Positions 52,157 through 63,260 of a stretch of DNA of 64,000 bases are shown here, piece by piece (within the stretch, counting starts at the first letter, position 1; the number at the start of each line of letters is the position of its first letter). The DNA lies in NCBI GenBank assembly GCA_033763135.1, contig JANRKY010000286.1, forward strand, positions 3,284-67,283, given 5' to 3'. The position numbers and the translations under genes are program-made. The notes under the pieces were generated by a model, which was not told the origin of the DNA, did no database searches, and saw only the letters and a program-made list of their open reading frames with translations. Source of the DNA: Blastocatellia bacterium (GTDB taxonomy: Bacteria > Acidobacteriota > Blastocatellia > RBC074).

Positions 52157-53884
52157 ATGGCACAGAGAATCGTTGTCGATCCCATTACGCGCATTGAAGG
52201 CCATCTGCGAATCCAGGCGATGCTCGGCGATGACAAGGTGATCGCCGATGCGTCGAGCACGAGCGCGCTCTTTCGCGGCATCGAGATCATTCTGAAGGGG
52301 CGCGATCCGCGCGACGCCTGGGCGCTGGCCGAACGCATCTGCGGCGTCTGCACGCTGGTGCACGCGATCACCTCCGTTCGCGCCGTCGAGGACGCGCTCG
52401 GCATCGTCATTCCGAAGAATGCGAACACGATTCGCAACCAGATGATCGCCACGCTCCACCTGCACGATCATGTGGTCCATTTCTATCATCTGCACGCGCT
52501 CGACTGGGTGGATGTCGTCTCGGCGCTCAAGGCCGATCCGAAGGCCACCTCCGAACTGGCGCAGAAGATCTCGCGCTGGCCGAAGTCTTCGCCCGGCTAT
52601 TTCGCGGACACGCAGAACCGGTTGAAGAAGTTCGTCGAATCCGGCCAGCTCGGCATCTTCGCGAACGGGTACTGGGGCCATCCGGCCTACAAGCTGCCGC
52701 CCGAGGCCAATCTCATGGCGGTTGCGCACTATCTGGAGATGCTCGCCTGGCAGAAGGAGATCGTGAAGATCCATGCCGTGTTCGGCGGAAAGAATCCGCA
52801 TCCGAATCTGATCGTCGGCGGCGTTCCGTGCGCGATCAATCCGAATCATGTCGATGCCATCAACATCGATCGACTGAGCCTGGTCAAGGCCAAGATCGAC
52901 GAGGCCGTCGAAGTCACCGAACAGGTCTATTACCCGGATCTGCTGGCGATCGCGTCCTTCTACAAGGATTGGGCGAAATGGGGCGGCGGCCTGAGCAACA
53001 AGGGGATCATGGATTACGGCGATTTTCCGACCGTGCCCGGCGATCCGAAGACCAATCGCTGGAAGGGCGGCGCGATCCTCAACGGGAATCTCCAGGAGGT
53101 GTTCGAGATCGATCCGCGCGATCCCAGCCAGATTCAGGAGTACATCTCGCATTCGTGGTTCGAATATTCCGAGGGCGAGAAGAAGGGATACCATCCCTGG
53201 GACGGCGAGACGACGCCGAAGTACCAGGGGCCCAAGCCGCCCTGGGAGTTCCTGGAGATGGGCGAGAAGTATTCCTGGATGAAGGCGCCGCGCTGGAAGG
53301 GGCATGCGATGGAGGGCGGTCCGCTTTCGCGGACGCTGCTGGCCTATGCCCAGGGCGATGAAGAGGTGAAATCGTATGTCGACGAGGCGCTCAAGACGCT
53401 CGATGTGCCGTTCGAGGCCCTCTATTCGACGCTCGGGCGGACGCTGGCGCGCGGCATCGAGACGCGCCGCGCGGTGCGGTTGATGCAGACGCTTCACAAC
53501 GAACTGATCGAGAACATCAAGGCGGGCGACTACCAGACGGCCAGCACCGAGAAATGGGACCCTTCGACATGGCCGAGCGGGGAACTGAAGGGCGTCGGAA
53601 CCTATGGCGCGCCGCGCGGCGCGCTGGCGCACTGGGTGAAGATCAGGGATCGGAAGATCTCGAACTATCAGTGCGTGGTGGCGACGACCTGGAACGGATC
53701 GCCGAAAGATCCGATGGGGCAGCACGGCCCGTTCGAGGCGTCGCTCATCGGCCTGCCGGTGCATGATCCGAAACAGCCGCTGGAGATTCTGCGCGTCATC
53801 CATTCGTTCGACCCCTGTCTGGCCTGTTCGACGCACGTGCTCGATATGCAGGGCAATGAGATCGTCCGCGTGGACGTCCAATGA
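52157..53884 (+). CDS. [NiFe] hydrogenase large subunit.
   Basis: RICGVC near the N-terminus. C-terminal DPCLACSTH, followed by a 15 aa extension that the maturation protease cleaves. Confidence 0.9.
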   Translation: MAQRIVVDPITRIEGHLRIQAMLGDDKVIADASSTSALFRGIEIILKGRDPRDAWALAERICGVCTLVHAITSVRAVEDALGIVIPKNANTIRNQMIATLHLHDHVVHFYHLHALDWVDVVSALKADPKATSELAQKISRWPKSSPGYFADTQNRLKKFVESGQLGIFANGYWGHPAYKLPPEANLMAVAHYLEMLAWQKEIVKIHAVFGGKNPHPNLIVGGVPCAINPNHVDAINIDRLSLVKAKIDEAVEVTEQVYYPDLLAIASFYKDWAKWGGGLSNKGIMDYGDFPTVPGDPKTNRWKGGAILNGNLQEVFEIDPRDPSQIQEYISHSWFEYSEGEKKGYHPWDGETTPKYQGPKPPWEFLEMGEKYSWMKAPRWKGHAMEGGPLSRTLLAYAQGDEEVKSYVDEALKTLDVPFEALYSTLGRTLARGIETRRAVRLMQTLHNELIENIKAGDYQTASTEKWDPSTWPSGELKGVGTYGAPRGALAHWVKIRDRKISNYQCVVATTWNGSPKDPMGQHGPFEASLIGLPVHDPKQPLEILRVIHSFDPCLACSTHVLDMQGNEIVRVDVQ

Positions 53885-53900
53885 AAGGAGGCGCACGGCA

Positions 53901-54653
53901 ATGGCAGCCAAAATCCATCCCACGCACGCCGCGGCGATCCGCGACATTCCCGCCGAGCGCACGATCCGGTATTACATCTGGGATCGGGTCGTTCGCGCCG
54001 GCCATTGGATCAATTTCGTCTGTCTCGCGGCCCTGATTCTGACGGGCTTCTATATCGGCAGCCCGTTCTATCGCCCGACGGCCGACGAACCGTACGGCGC
54101 CCACGTCATGGCGACGATGAAGAACGTCCACTTTCTGGCGGCGGTGGTCTTTTCGATCAACGGGCTTTTCCGGATCTACTGGATGTTCGCCGGTCGAACC
54201 TATCGGCAGTGGTTCCGCTCGCATCTGTGGCAGGCCGCCTTCTGGAAGGAGGTCGGGTGGAAGCTGCGGGAGTATCTCTCGCTCCGCTATATCGGCCATT
54301 ACGCGCCGACGCTCGACCATAACGCGCTGGCCTCGCTGACCTATACGCTGCTCTTTCTGGCCTGCGCCTTCATCAGTCTGACGGGCTTTGCGATGAAGGG
54401 CGCGATCGATCCCGACGGATGGCTCTCTCTCTTCTTCGGATGGGTGATTCCGCTCTTCGGCGGCGAAGCGACGGTCCGCATGCTCCACCGGCTGGCGATG
54501 TGGTTGATCATCGGATTCGCCGTTCACCACATCGGGTTCGTGGTCTATTACGAGGTGCTGACGGAGCGCGGTCTGATTTCGTCGATCATCACCGGCTACA
54601 AGTCGCGCCCCGCGGACTGGAAGGAAGACCGCCAGCCCTGGGGGAAAGGATGA
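53901..54653 (+). CDS. Ni/Fe-hydrogenase b-type cytochrome subunit (HyaC/HupC-like).
   Basis: Four transmembrane helices with conserved haem-ligating His (RAGHWINF). Confidence 0.8.
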   Translation: MAAKIHPTHAAAIRDIPAERTIRYYIWDRVVRAGHWINFVCLAALILTGFYIGSPFYRPTADEPYGAHVMATMKNVHFLAAVVFSINGLFRIYWMFAGRTYRQWFRSHLWQAAFWKEVGWKLREYLSLRYIGHYAPTLDHNALASLTYTLLFLACAFISLTGFAMKGAIDPDGWLSLFFGWVIPLFGGEATVRMLHRLAMWLIIGFAVHHIGFVVYYEVLTERGLISSIITGYKSRPADWKEDRQPWGKG

Positions 54654-55156
54654 ACGAGATCAACGCAGTCGTGCTCGGCATCGGCAACCCGCTGCTCGGC
54701 GATGACGGCTTTGGCGTCGAGGTCGCGCGCAGATTGAAGGAGGCGCGCGACCTCGACGACATCGAGGTCGTCGACGGCGGGTCGCAGGGGCTCTATCTGC
54801 TGCCTTATCTGCAGGGGCGGACGCATATCATCGTCGCCGACGCGATCGCCTTCGGCGGCCGTCCCGGCGAGGTCGTGCGGCTTCGCGCGGAGCAGATTCC
54901 CGCGCGGCTGCAGATCAAGATGTCCGAACATCAGGTCAGTTTTCACGAAGTCCTGGCGTTGATGCAGCTTCTCGGCGAAGCGCCGCGGGAGTTCGTCTTC
55001 TTCGGCGTCCAGCCGAAATGCAACGAATGGGCCGAACCGATGAGCCCCGAAGTCGAAGCGGCCATCGACCCCGTGATCGCCCGGATCCGCGATCAAGTGC
55101 AACTCTGGAGGCGCGAAATTCATGGAACTGATGAACGCTATTCCCGTGCTCAATGA
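54650..55156 (+). CDS. Hydrogenase maturation endopeptidase (HyaD/HupD/HybD family).
   Basis: VLGIGNPLLGDDGFG. ATGA overlap with the cytochrome b gene. Confidence 0.8.
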   Translation: MNEINAVVLGIGNPLLGDDGFGVEVARRLKEARDLDDIEVVDGGSQGLYLLPYLQGRTHIIVADAIAFGGRPGEVVRLRAEQIPARLQIKMSEHQVSFHEVLALMQLLGEAPREFVFFGVQPKCNEWAEPMSPEVEAAIDPVIARIRDQVQLWRREIHGTDERYSRAQ

Positions 55157-55532
55157 GATCCGACACTCGCTCGAAGCGCTCCGCGAGCGCGGAGAGACGC
55201 GCACGATCAATATTTACAACTTTCCGATGACAAACGACGACGCGCAGTTTCTGGATGAGGCGCTCGGGCGCGGCCCGGTTCAGGTTCGGTACGACGGGCG
55301 GGAGTGCACCTTCTGGCAGGAGACCGACGTCTCCGGCGTCTGGTGGGGCGAATATCGCAACGCCGACGGCAGGATCGTTCTGCGAACCATCGAGATCGCC
55401 GAGTTTCCGCCGCTCGCGAAGGCGCAGGTCGAAGATATGGGCGACGGAATTCAGCGCATCGACGAGCTGATCGCCGCGCAATCCAACGAGGTTCGGCGCG
55501 CGCTTCCGGTGCTGGGCGCGGCCGCGGACTGA
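55122..55532 (+). CDS. Hydrogenase accessory protein, possibly a short HupH/HyaF-like factor.
   Basis: 136 aa ORF between the protease gene and hypA. The family assignment is tentative. Confidence 0.4.
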   Translation: MELMNAIPVLNEIRHSLEALRERGETRTINIYNFPMTNDDAQFLDEALGRGPVQVRYDGRECTFWQETDVSGVWWGEYRNADGRIVLRTIEIAEFPPLAKAQVEDMGDGIQRIDELIAAQSNEVRRALPVLGAAAD

Positions 55533-55536
55533 CGCC

Positions 55537-55878
55537 ATGCATGAAGCCGCCATCGTTCAGGGACTGCTCGACATCGCCATCGGCGAGGCGATCAAGCACG
55601 GCTCGCCGCGCATCAATCGGATCAAGATCCGGCTCGGCGCGTTTCGCGGCGTCGTTCGCGAAGCCCTCGAATTCTCCTTTGCCGCGATGCGCCACGGCAC
55701 CCTCGCCCAGCACGCGGTGCTGGAGATCGAGACCATTCCGCTTCGCGTGCAGTGCGCCGATTGCGGCGAGATCGAGCTTTCGCCGCGGGATTTCAGTCTG
55801 CTCTGTCCGCAATGCGACGAGCCGGTGGCGATTCTCGCCGGCCGCGAAATGCAGATCGAATACGTCGATCTCGATTAG
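55537..55878 (+). CDS. hypA: Hydrogenase nickel incorporation protein HypA.
   Basis: MHEAAIVQGLLD N-terminus and a C-terminal zinc ribbon CxxC...CxxC. Confidence 0.85.
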   Translation: MHEAAIVQGLLDIAIGEAIKHGSPRINRIKIRLGAFRGVVREALEFSFAAMRHGTLAQHAVLEIETIPLRVQCADCGEIELSPRDFSLLCPQCDEPVAILAGREMQIEYVDLD

Positions 55879-55938
55879 CCCTGTGGGCGTTCCGTCAGGC
55901 GAAGACGGAACGCCCCGTCATTATTCCGGAGAATTCGC

Positions 55939-56643
55939 ATGCATCAAGTCGTCCTGGGAAGCAACATTCTGGAACGGAACGAAGAGCTGGCGGCCCATAA
56001 TCGCGAGCATTTTCGCGAGCTGGGCGTGTTCGTGATCAATTTCATGTCGGCGCCCGGCGCGGGCAAGACCTCGGTTCTGGAAGAGACGATCCGGCGGATC
56101 AAGGGGGAATACCGGCTCGGCGTGATCGAGGGCGATCTGATGACGACGCTCGATGCCGATCGAATCTCGGCGCTCGATGTGCCGGCCTGGCAGATCACGA
56201 CCGGCTCGGTCTGTCATCTCGATGCGCATATGGTTCACAGCGCGCTGCACAGTTTTCCGATCGAGGGGTTCGATCTGCTGTTCATCGAGAATGTCGGCAA
56301 CATGGTCTGTCCCGCGGAGTTCGATCTCGGCGAGGATCTGCGCGTGATGGTCTACAGCACGGTCGAGGGGGCAGAGAAGCCCCGGAAATATCCGCTGATG
56401 TTTCATCAGGCGGACGCGGTCCTGCTCAACAAGATCGATCTGATTCCCTATGCGGGCGTCTCGCTCGATCAGCTCGTTCGCAACGTTCGCGAAGTCAGCC
56501 CGGAAACGACGACGCTGCCGGTCTCGTGCCGGACGGGCGAGGGCATCGACGCGTGGGTCGACTGGATGCGAAATCGAATCGGAAAGGAGAGAGCCCATGT
56601 GTCTGGCAGTCCCCGGGCGAATCATCAGCATTCAGGGCGATGA
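55939..56643 (+). CDS. hypB: Hydrogenase nickel incorporation GTPase HypB.
   Basis: P-loop MSAPGAGKTS and a CH-containing metal site. Confidence 0.85.
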   Translation: MHQVVLGSNILERNEELAAHNREHFRELGVFVINFMSAPGAGKTSVLEETIRRIKGEYRLGVIEGDLMTTLDADRISALDVPAWQITTGSVCHLDAHMVHSALHSFPIEGFDLLFIENVGNMVCPAEFDLGEDLRVMVYSTVEGAEKPRKYPLMFHQADAVLLNKIDLIPYAGVSLDQLVRNVREVSPETTTLPVSCRTGEGIDAWVDWMRNRIGKERAHVSGSPRANHQHSGR

Positions 56644-56851
56644 CGTGCTGCGATCGGGCCGGGTCAATTTCGGCGGCATCGTCAAGGAGGTCAATCTTGG
56701 CTATGTGCCCGAGGCGGTGGTCGGAAACTATGTCGTGGTGCATGTCGGCTTCGCGCTGAGCGTCGTGGACGAAGCGGAGGCGGAGCAGGTCTTTGCGTAT
56801 CTGCGGTCGATGGGAGAACTCGACGAACTGGTCGCGCAGGAGACCGTATGA
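56597..56851 (+). CDS. hypC: Hydrogenase assembly chaperone HypC.
   Basis: N-terminus [10 protein letters not shown]. Overlaps the 3' end of hypB. Confidence 0.85.
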   Translation: MCLAVPGRIISIQGDDVLRSGRVNFGGIVKEVNLGYVPEAVVGNYVVVHVGFALSVVDEAEAEQVFAYLRSMGELDELVAQETV

Positions 56852-58020
56852 AATTTGTGGACGAATATCGCGATGCGGAGGCGGCGCGCGAATACGCCGG
56901 ATCGATTGCGCGAATCACGACGCGTCCCTGGACGCTGATGGAGATCTGCGGCGGGCAGACGCACGCGATCGTCAAGTTCGGGATCGACGAGCTGCTGCCG
57001 AAGGAGATCACGCTGGTGCATGGGCCGGGCTGTCCGGTCTGTGTGACGCCGATCGAGCTGATTGACAAGGCGATCGAGATCGCGTCGCGGCCGGAGGTCA
57101 TCTTCTGTTCGTTCGGGGACATGCTGCGCGTGCCGGGGACGTCGAAGGACCTGTTCGTCGTCAAGGCGGCGGGCGGCGATGTGCGGATCGTCTATTCGCC
57201 GCTCGATTGCCTGAAGATCGCCGAGGCGAATCCGGACCGGCAGGTGGTCTTCTTTGCGGTGGGCTTCGAGACGACGGCGCCGCCCAATGCGATGGCCGTC
57301 TATCAGGCGGCGCGGCGGGGCATCGGCAATTTTTCGATGCTCGTTTCGCACGTGCTGGTGCCGCCCGCGATGGAGGCGATCCTCTCTTCGCCGCTCAATC
57401 GCGTGGAGGGCTTTCTGGCGGCCGGGCACGTCTGCACGGTGATGGGCACGAGCGAATACGATCCGATCGCGGCCCGGTATCGGGTCCCGATCGTCGTCAC
57501 GGGGTTCGAGCCGCTCGATATTCTGCAGGGCGTGCTGATGTGCGTGAAGCAGCTCGAAGAGGGCCGGGCCGAGGTCGAGAATCAGTACGCGCGCTCGGTG
57601 CGTCGCGACGGCAATCGCCCCGCGCAGGAGATTCTCCGCGAAGTCTTCCGGATCGTGCCGCGCAAGTGGCGCGGCATCGGCGAGATTCCGCGGAGCGGGC
57701 TGGCGCTGCAGGAGGTCTATCGCGAATTCGACGCCGAACTGCGGTTCGATGTCGCCGGGTACACGGCCGAGGAGCCGGCCGAATGCATCAGCGGGCTGAT
57801 TATGCAGGGCGTACGGAAGCCGCACGAGTGCACGGCCTTTGGCGCGAGATGCACGCCGGAGATGCCGCTCGGCGCGCCCATGGTCTCCAGCGAGGGCGCC
57901 TGCGCGGCCTATTATCGCTATCGACGCCCGGTTGTCGTTCCGCCCTCCGGCGGCCGGCCGTGCGCGGAAAACGGGTTGCCGGAAGGCGGAGCTCCAAACG
58001 AGTTCCGGAGAAGAGGATAA
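56848..58020 (+). CDS. hypD: Hydrogenase maturation factor HypD.
   Basis: GPGCPVCV and CxxC motifs. ATGA overlap with hypC. Confidence 0.9.
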   Translation: MKFVDEYRDAEAAREYAGSIARITTRPWTLMEICGGQTHAIVKFGIDELLPKEITLVHGPGCPVCVTPIELIDKAIEIASRPEVIFCSFGDMLRVPGTSKDLFVVKAAGGDVRIVYSPLDCLKIAEANPDRQVVFFAVGFETTAPPNAMAVYQAARRGIGNFSMLVSHVLVPPAMEAILSSPLNRVEGFLAAGHVCTVMGTSEYDPIAARYRVPIVVTGFEPLDILQGVLMCVKQLEEGRAEVENQYARSVRRDGNRPAQEILREVFRIVPRKWRGIGEIPRSGLALQEVYREFDAELRFDVAGYTAEEPAECISGLIMQGVRKPHECTAFGARCTPEMPLGAPMVSSEGACAAYYRYRRPVVVPPSGGRPCAENGLPEGGAPNEFRRRG

Positions 58021-58023
58021 TTC

Positions 58024-59079
58024 ATGACCGACGCGACCGAGTTCACGCTTTCGTGCCCGCTGCCGATTCAGCAATATCCGCAGATTCTGCTGGCGCACGG
58101 CGGCGGCGGAAAGCTGATGCACCAGTTGATCGAGCAGGTCTTCGTTCCGGCATTCGAGAATCCGCTGCTTGGCGAGCGGCACGATGGCGCGACGCTGCAG
58201 GTCGGGGGCGCGCGGATGGCGTTCACGACCGACTCATATGTTGTCCGGCCGCTCTTCTTTCCCGGCGGCGACATCGGCACGCTGGCGATCAACGGGACGG
58301 TCAACGATCTGGCGATGTGCGGCGCCCGTCCGCTCTATCTGAGTTGCGGCTTCATTCTGGAAGAGGGGTTGCCGATGGAGACGCTCTGGCGTGTGCTGCA
58401 GTCGATGCGCGAAGCCGCCGCCGCCGCCGGAGTATCGATCGTCACCGGCGACACCAAGGTCGTCGATCGCGGCAAGGGCGATGGCGTCTTCATCAACACG
58501 GCCGGCGTGGGGCTGATCGAACACGACCTGATGATCGGGCCGCGCCGCGTCCGGTCCGGCGATGCTGTCCTGCTCAGCGGAGACATCGGCCGCCACGGCA
58601 TCGCGATCATGGCCACCCGCGAAGGCCTCGAATTCGAGAGCGAGATCGCCAGCGACTGCGCGCCCGTCGCCGACGCCGTCTTGAACCTGCTCGCCGCCGG
58701 CATCGAACTGCACTGCATGCGCGACCTGACCCGCGGCGGACTCGCCAGCGCGCTCGTCGAGATCGCCGAGGCCGCCCGCCTTCGCATCGACATCGAAGAG
58801 CGCGCCATCGCCGTTCGCGAAGACGTTCGCGGCGCCTGCGAGATCCTCGGCTTCGATCCGCTCTATCTCGCGAACGAGGGGCGCTTCATCGCTTTCGTCC
58901 CCGTCGCGCAGGCCGCCCGTGCGCTCGATCTGCTCCAATCCCATCCGCTCGGCGCCGACGCGGCGATCATCGGCCGCGTCTCCGACCAGACCGAAAGCCT
59001 CGTCACCCTTCAGAGCCGCATCGGCGCGACCCGCATCGTCGATATGTTCAGCGGCGAACAGTTGCCGCGCATCTGCTGA
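58024..59079 (+). CDS. hypE: Hydrogenase maturation factor HypE.
   Basis: PurM-like fold. C-terminal PRIC. Confidence 0.9.
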   Translation: MTDATEFTLSCPLPIQQYPQILLAHGGGGKLMHQLIEQVFVPAFENPLLGERHDGATLQVGGARMAFTTDSYVVRPLFFPGGDIGTLAINGTVNDLAMCGARPLYLSCGFILEEGLPMETLWRVLQSMREAAAAAGVSIVTGDTKVVDRGKGDGVFINTAGVGLIEHDLMIGPRRVRSGDAVLLSGDIGRHGIAIMATREGLEFESEIASDCAPVADAVLNLLAAGIELHCMRDLTRGGLASALVEIAEAARLRIDIEERAIAVREDVRGACEILGFDPLYLANEGRFIAFVPVAQAARALDLLQSHPLGADAAIIGRVSDQTESLVTLQSRIGATRIVDMFSGEQLPRIC

Positions 59080-59181
59080 ACCCGCCCCCGGCCCTTTCCC
59101 CGCAGCGCGCGATGCGAGAGAATGCGCGCGTTTTCGCATGGAAGCGGGGCCCGCCCCGCTCGGTCTTTCCCGGGAGCGCCT

Positions 59182-59475
59182 ATGAATTTCGATCAATTTC
59201 AAACGACCCTCGACTCCGACCGGCCGCCGGACGGAATCTCCGCCTGTCTGACCGCCCTGTGGCACGAGGCCCGCGACGATTGGGACCGTGCCCACAAGAT
59301 CGTTCAGGAGATCGAGACGGCCTCCGCCTCGTGGGTGCACGCCTATCTCCATCGAAAAGAGGGAGACGAATCGAACGCCCGCTATTGGTACGGAATGGCC
59401 GGCAAACCCTTTCCCGCGGGGCGCTCGCTCGATGAGGAATGGCGCGACATCGCCGAGGCGCTCTGCCGGGCGTAA
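59182..59475 (+). CDS. Small hypothetical protein.
   Basis: GGGAG lies 6 nt upstream of the ATG at 59182. 97 aa. No recognisable family. Confidence 0.35.
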   Translation: MNFDQFQTTLDSDRPPDGISACLTALWHEARDDWDRAHKIVQEIETASASWVHAYLHRKEGDESNARYWYGMAGKPFPAGRSLDEEWRDIAEALCRA

Positions 59476-59603
59476 GGTTCTCCTGTTTCCATCCGGCGCG
59501 ATCTGATTTACACTGCCCTGGTCTTCGCAGCGACGGCCGTCATTCGACCCCCTTCGCCGCTGCGGGATCTTCACTTATCGGCAGCCGCCAAGCAGGAGTC
59601 CTT

Positions 59604-60254
59604 ATGTCGTCGAAACAGTGCCTCGTGGCGATGACAGCCATCGCGTTCTTTCTCTCCATTGCCGCATCGCAGACCCGGGCCCAGGAGCTTCCGCGCCTGG
59701 AGATCGGCGTGCACGTCACGGCCCTCAATCTGGGCGATTTCAAATTGAAGATCCCGGATCTGAGCAAATCGGAGCGCGGCGCCGGCGCGCGCGTCTCGGT
59801 CAATGTCAGCAAGAGCGTCGCGATCGAGGCCGAATACAACGTCTTTCCGAACGATTTCCGGCTCACCGTCCCGCAACTCAATCAGCTCGTGACCCGAAAG
59901 CTGACCCGCGATCGCGTCGATCAGTTTCTGCTCGGCCTCAAGGTCGGCGGACGCAGCGATCGCTTCGGGCTCTTCGCCAAACTGCGGCCCGGCTATGTCA
60001 GCACCAAACTTCAGGACGAGACGATCAATTCCAATCCGAGCCTCAACACGCTTTTCCGCACGAGCGGCGGCCTGGCCCTCGATTTCGGCGCGGTCCTCGA
60101 ACTCTATCTGACCCGGACCATCATGTTCCGCATCGACGCCGGCGATATGATCATTCGCTATGAAAGAAATGTCGTGAACGGCACGCAAACCCAGTCCAGC
60201 CGCTTCACCACGCATAACCTGCAGGTGACGGCCGGAATCGGATTGCGGTTCTGA
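59604..60254 (+). CDS. Outer-membrane beta-barrel protein (OmpW/OmpA-like small barrel).
   Basis: Signal peptide. Alternating amphipathic beta-strands. C-terminal aromatic residue (GIGLRF). AGGAG RBS. Confidence 0.6.
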   Translation: MSSKQCLVAMTAIAFFLSIAASQTRAQELPRLEIGVHVTALNLGDFKLKIPDLSKSERGAGARVSVNVSKSVAIEAEYNVFPNDFRLTVPQLNQLVTRKLTRDRVDQFLLGLKVGGRSDRFGLFAKLRPGYVSTKLQDETINSNPSLNTLFRTSGGLALDFGAVLELYLTRTIMFRIDAGDMIIRYERNVVNGTQTQSSRFTTHNLQVTAGIGLRF

Positions 60255-60333
60255 TCGATTGAAGAAGGGAATGCGGAGGGGCAGGCAGGAAAAGAGGCAG
60301 GACAAGGGCGCGCCCCTGTCCTGCCTCTCGTTG

Positions 60334-61200
<867 letters not shown>

Positions 61201-61474
61201 GCTTCCTCCTGACGGATATGGCGAAACTCCCGCCACCCTTCCGCAATATGATTTGGTGTTTGAAAAGACGCGCAGGATAGCACACGCCCACAGGGCTTTC
61301 CAGCAGGGCGCCGCGGCCCGCTGATTTCAAGATTCTCCTGATCTCGACTTTTTCCGTCACTCGCGCGCTTCACCAGGCAACCGCATTGACTGAACATACG
61401 AAAAGGAACGAGAATTCCGACCGGAGCCAGATTCTGTACTGTCCGATCAGGAGACGAATCATTGGGGGAGCGCG

Positions 61475-61777
61475 ATGTTGCCTGAAGCGATCAGAGCCAA
61501 ACAAGAGCCGCTGAAAGAGGTATGCCGGAGGTATCGGATCCGGGAACTAAGCCTGTTCGGCTCCATGGCGCGCGGGGATTTCAATGACCAAAGCGACGTG
61601 GATCTGCTGGTCGAATTCGAGCCGGAGATGGAGGTCGGATTTTTGACTCTGAGCCGATTGCATCGCGAATTGTCGTCGATACTCGGGCGCCCGATCGACC
61701 TCGTCCCAAAACTTGGATTGAAGCCGGCAATCAAACAGGAAGTACTGGAAAGCGCGGAGTTGGTCTATGCGGCATGA
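61475..61777 (+). CDS. MNT-type nucleotidyltransferase antitoxin (HepT/MNT pair).
   Basis: GSMARGDFNDQSDVDLLVEF. Confidence 0.8.
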   Translation: MLPEAIRAKQEPLKEVCRRYRIRELSLFGSMARGDFNDQSDVDLLVEFEPEMEVGFLTLSRLHRELSSILGRPIDLVPKLGLKPAIKQEVLESAELVYAA

Positions 61778-62111
61778 TGAGCTTTATATCCGGGATATGG
61801 TCGAAGCGGCGGCAGCCATTGAGACGTTTCTCGTGGGCGTGACGCGGGAGGCATTCCTCGACAGCGACCTGCTCCGCAGCGCTGTGTTGCATAAACTGAC
61901 GATCATTGGCGAAGCCGCGTCGAGGATCTCCCGTGAGTTTGCCAATCGTTTCCCGGAAGTCGAATGGGCGGCGATTTCCGGCTTTCGCAACATCGCCGTT
62001 CACGAATACTTTGCCGTGGACTGGAAAATCGTATGGGTGGGCGCGACAAAAGAGGCGCCGATTCTCGGCGCTCAGATCAATGAGATTTTGAAAAAAGAAT
62101 TTCCTGAATAG
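61767..62111 (+). CDS. HepT-like (DUF86) RNase toxin.
   Basis: FRNIAVHEY motif (R-x4-HxY). Overlaps the MNT gene by 11 bp. Confidence 0.8.
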   Translation: MRHDELYIRDMVEAAAAIETFLVGVTREAFLDSDLLRSAVLHKLTIIGEAASRISREFANRFPEVEWAAISGFRNIAVHEYFAVDWKIVWVGATKEAPILGAQINEILKKEFPE

Positions 62112-62216
62112 CACCGGCCCCACACTCGCCGAAAAGGCCGCGCCCGCTTGCCGGATTGATTTCAAGGGCAGAGGCCGGCGAGTTGGGGAAAGCCGTCACC
62201 GTCTCTTCGTTTTCCA

Positions 62217-63083
62217 TCACTTCTTCATCGCCTGCAGCGCCCGGGCGGCGGTCTGTTTGACGGTCGGGTCGGCGTCGTTGGCGGCGGCCTCTTCGAGGGC
62301 CGGGCGGGCGTAGTCGATGCCGATTTTGCCGATCCATTCGGCGGCCCAGCGGCGGAGTTCGGGATCGTTGCTGAGTTTGAGGATCGCGGCGAACTCGGAC
62401 GGGCCGTTGCGGGTGTTCTTCAATTCGAACATCGTCTCTTCGGCCAGTCTGCGGGTCGATTCGTGCCTGCTCTTGAGAAACTGATAGAGAAAGAGGATCG
62501 CCTTGCGGGAATAGCTGACGTCGCGCATCTGGGCGCAGGTCAGGATCGCCGCGCAGCGAACGCGCATGTCGTCCGGATCGGCGATGTCGGCGCCGCTCGG
62601 ATTGGCGATGCCGTTGAGGACCATGTTCCGCGGCCGGAACGTCTTGAAGGAGGCCAGCGGACTGATCAACGCCATGCGCACCCGCCAGTCCGGGTCCTGC
62701 ATCAGGTTGATCAGATCCTCGGCCGAATCGGGGCGGCCGAGCCGCCCGAGAGATTCGGCCGCCGCCGCGCGAACCATGGCGTCCGGGTCCTTCAACGCGT
62801 CGATCAACGGATCGACGGCGCGATCGTCGCAGCTCGCGGCCAGTCCCTGCGCGGCCTGCGCCCGCGTCTTCGCGTCCTTCTCCTTGAGCGACGCGATCCC
62901 TTTCGCAACCGCATCCTCAGCCGAGGTCCCGGCCTTGAGGCTCGCGCACGGTTCATAGATCGGCTGGGATTTGATCGTGGCGCCGCCGGTCTTCGCTGGG
63001 GGCTGCGCTCCGGCGCAGGCGCTTACGAAGAGCAAGACCGTGAGCAGCCAGAGGCCGGAAGGGAATCCTGCATTTTTCTTCAT
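62217..63083 (-). CDS. HEAT/PBS-lyase-repeat lipoprotein.
   Basis: Lipobox LFVSAC. Repeated DxxVRxxAAxALG units. Confidence 0.65.
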   Translation of the reverse strand: MKKNAGFPSGLWLLTVLLFVSACAGAQPPAKTGGATIKSQPIYEPCASLKAGTSAEDAVAKGIASLKEKDAKTRAQAAQGLAASCDDRAVDPLIDALKDPDAMVRAAAAESLGRLGRPDSAEDLINLMQDPDWRVRMALISPLASFKTFRPRNMVLNGIANPSGADIADPDDMRVRCAAILTCAQMRDVSYSRKAILFLYQFLKSRHESTRRLAEETMFELKNTRNGPSEFAAILKLSNDPELRRWAAEWIGKIGIDYARPALEEAAANDADPTVKQTAARALQAMKK

Positions 63084-63104
63084 ACAACTTACTCGGAACA
63101 GAAA

Positions 63105-63200
63105 AGATTCGGACACAAGGGGAATGGACAGGATGAACAGGATGTTTCAGGATTCACAGGATTGTCCGTCAACGCCGAATCCTGTGAATCCTGAAACATC
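63105..63200. repeat. Perfect 38 bp inverted repeat with tandem CAGGAT(G/T) arm units.
   Basis: GGACAGGATGAACAGGATGTTTCAGGATTCACAGGATT - 14 nt loop - AATCCTGTGAATCCTGAAACATCCTGTTCATCCTGTCC. Confidence 0.75.
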
Positions 63201-63260
63201 CTGTTCATCCTGTCCATTTTTCACCGTCTGAATGTTGCCGTCTCTGATTCGGAACGGACG

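Noticed and set aside
59476-59603. Possible small RNA or riboswitch upstream of the outer-membrane barrel gene
   Set aside because: It contains only short GC stems (CGCAGCG / CGCTGCG, GACGGCCGTC). It has no recognisable riboswitch consensus.
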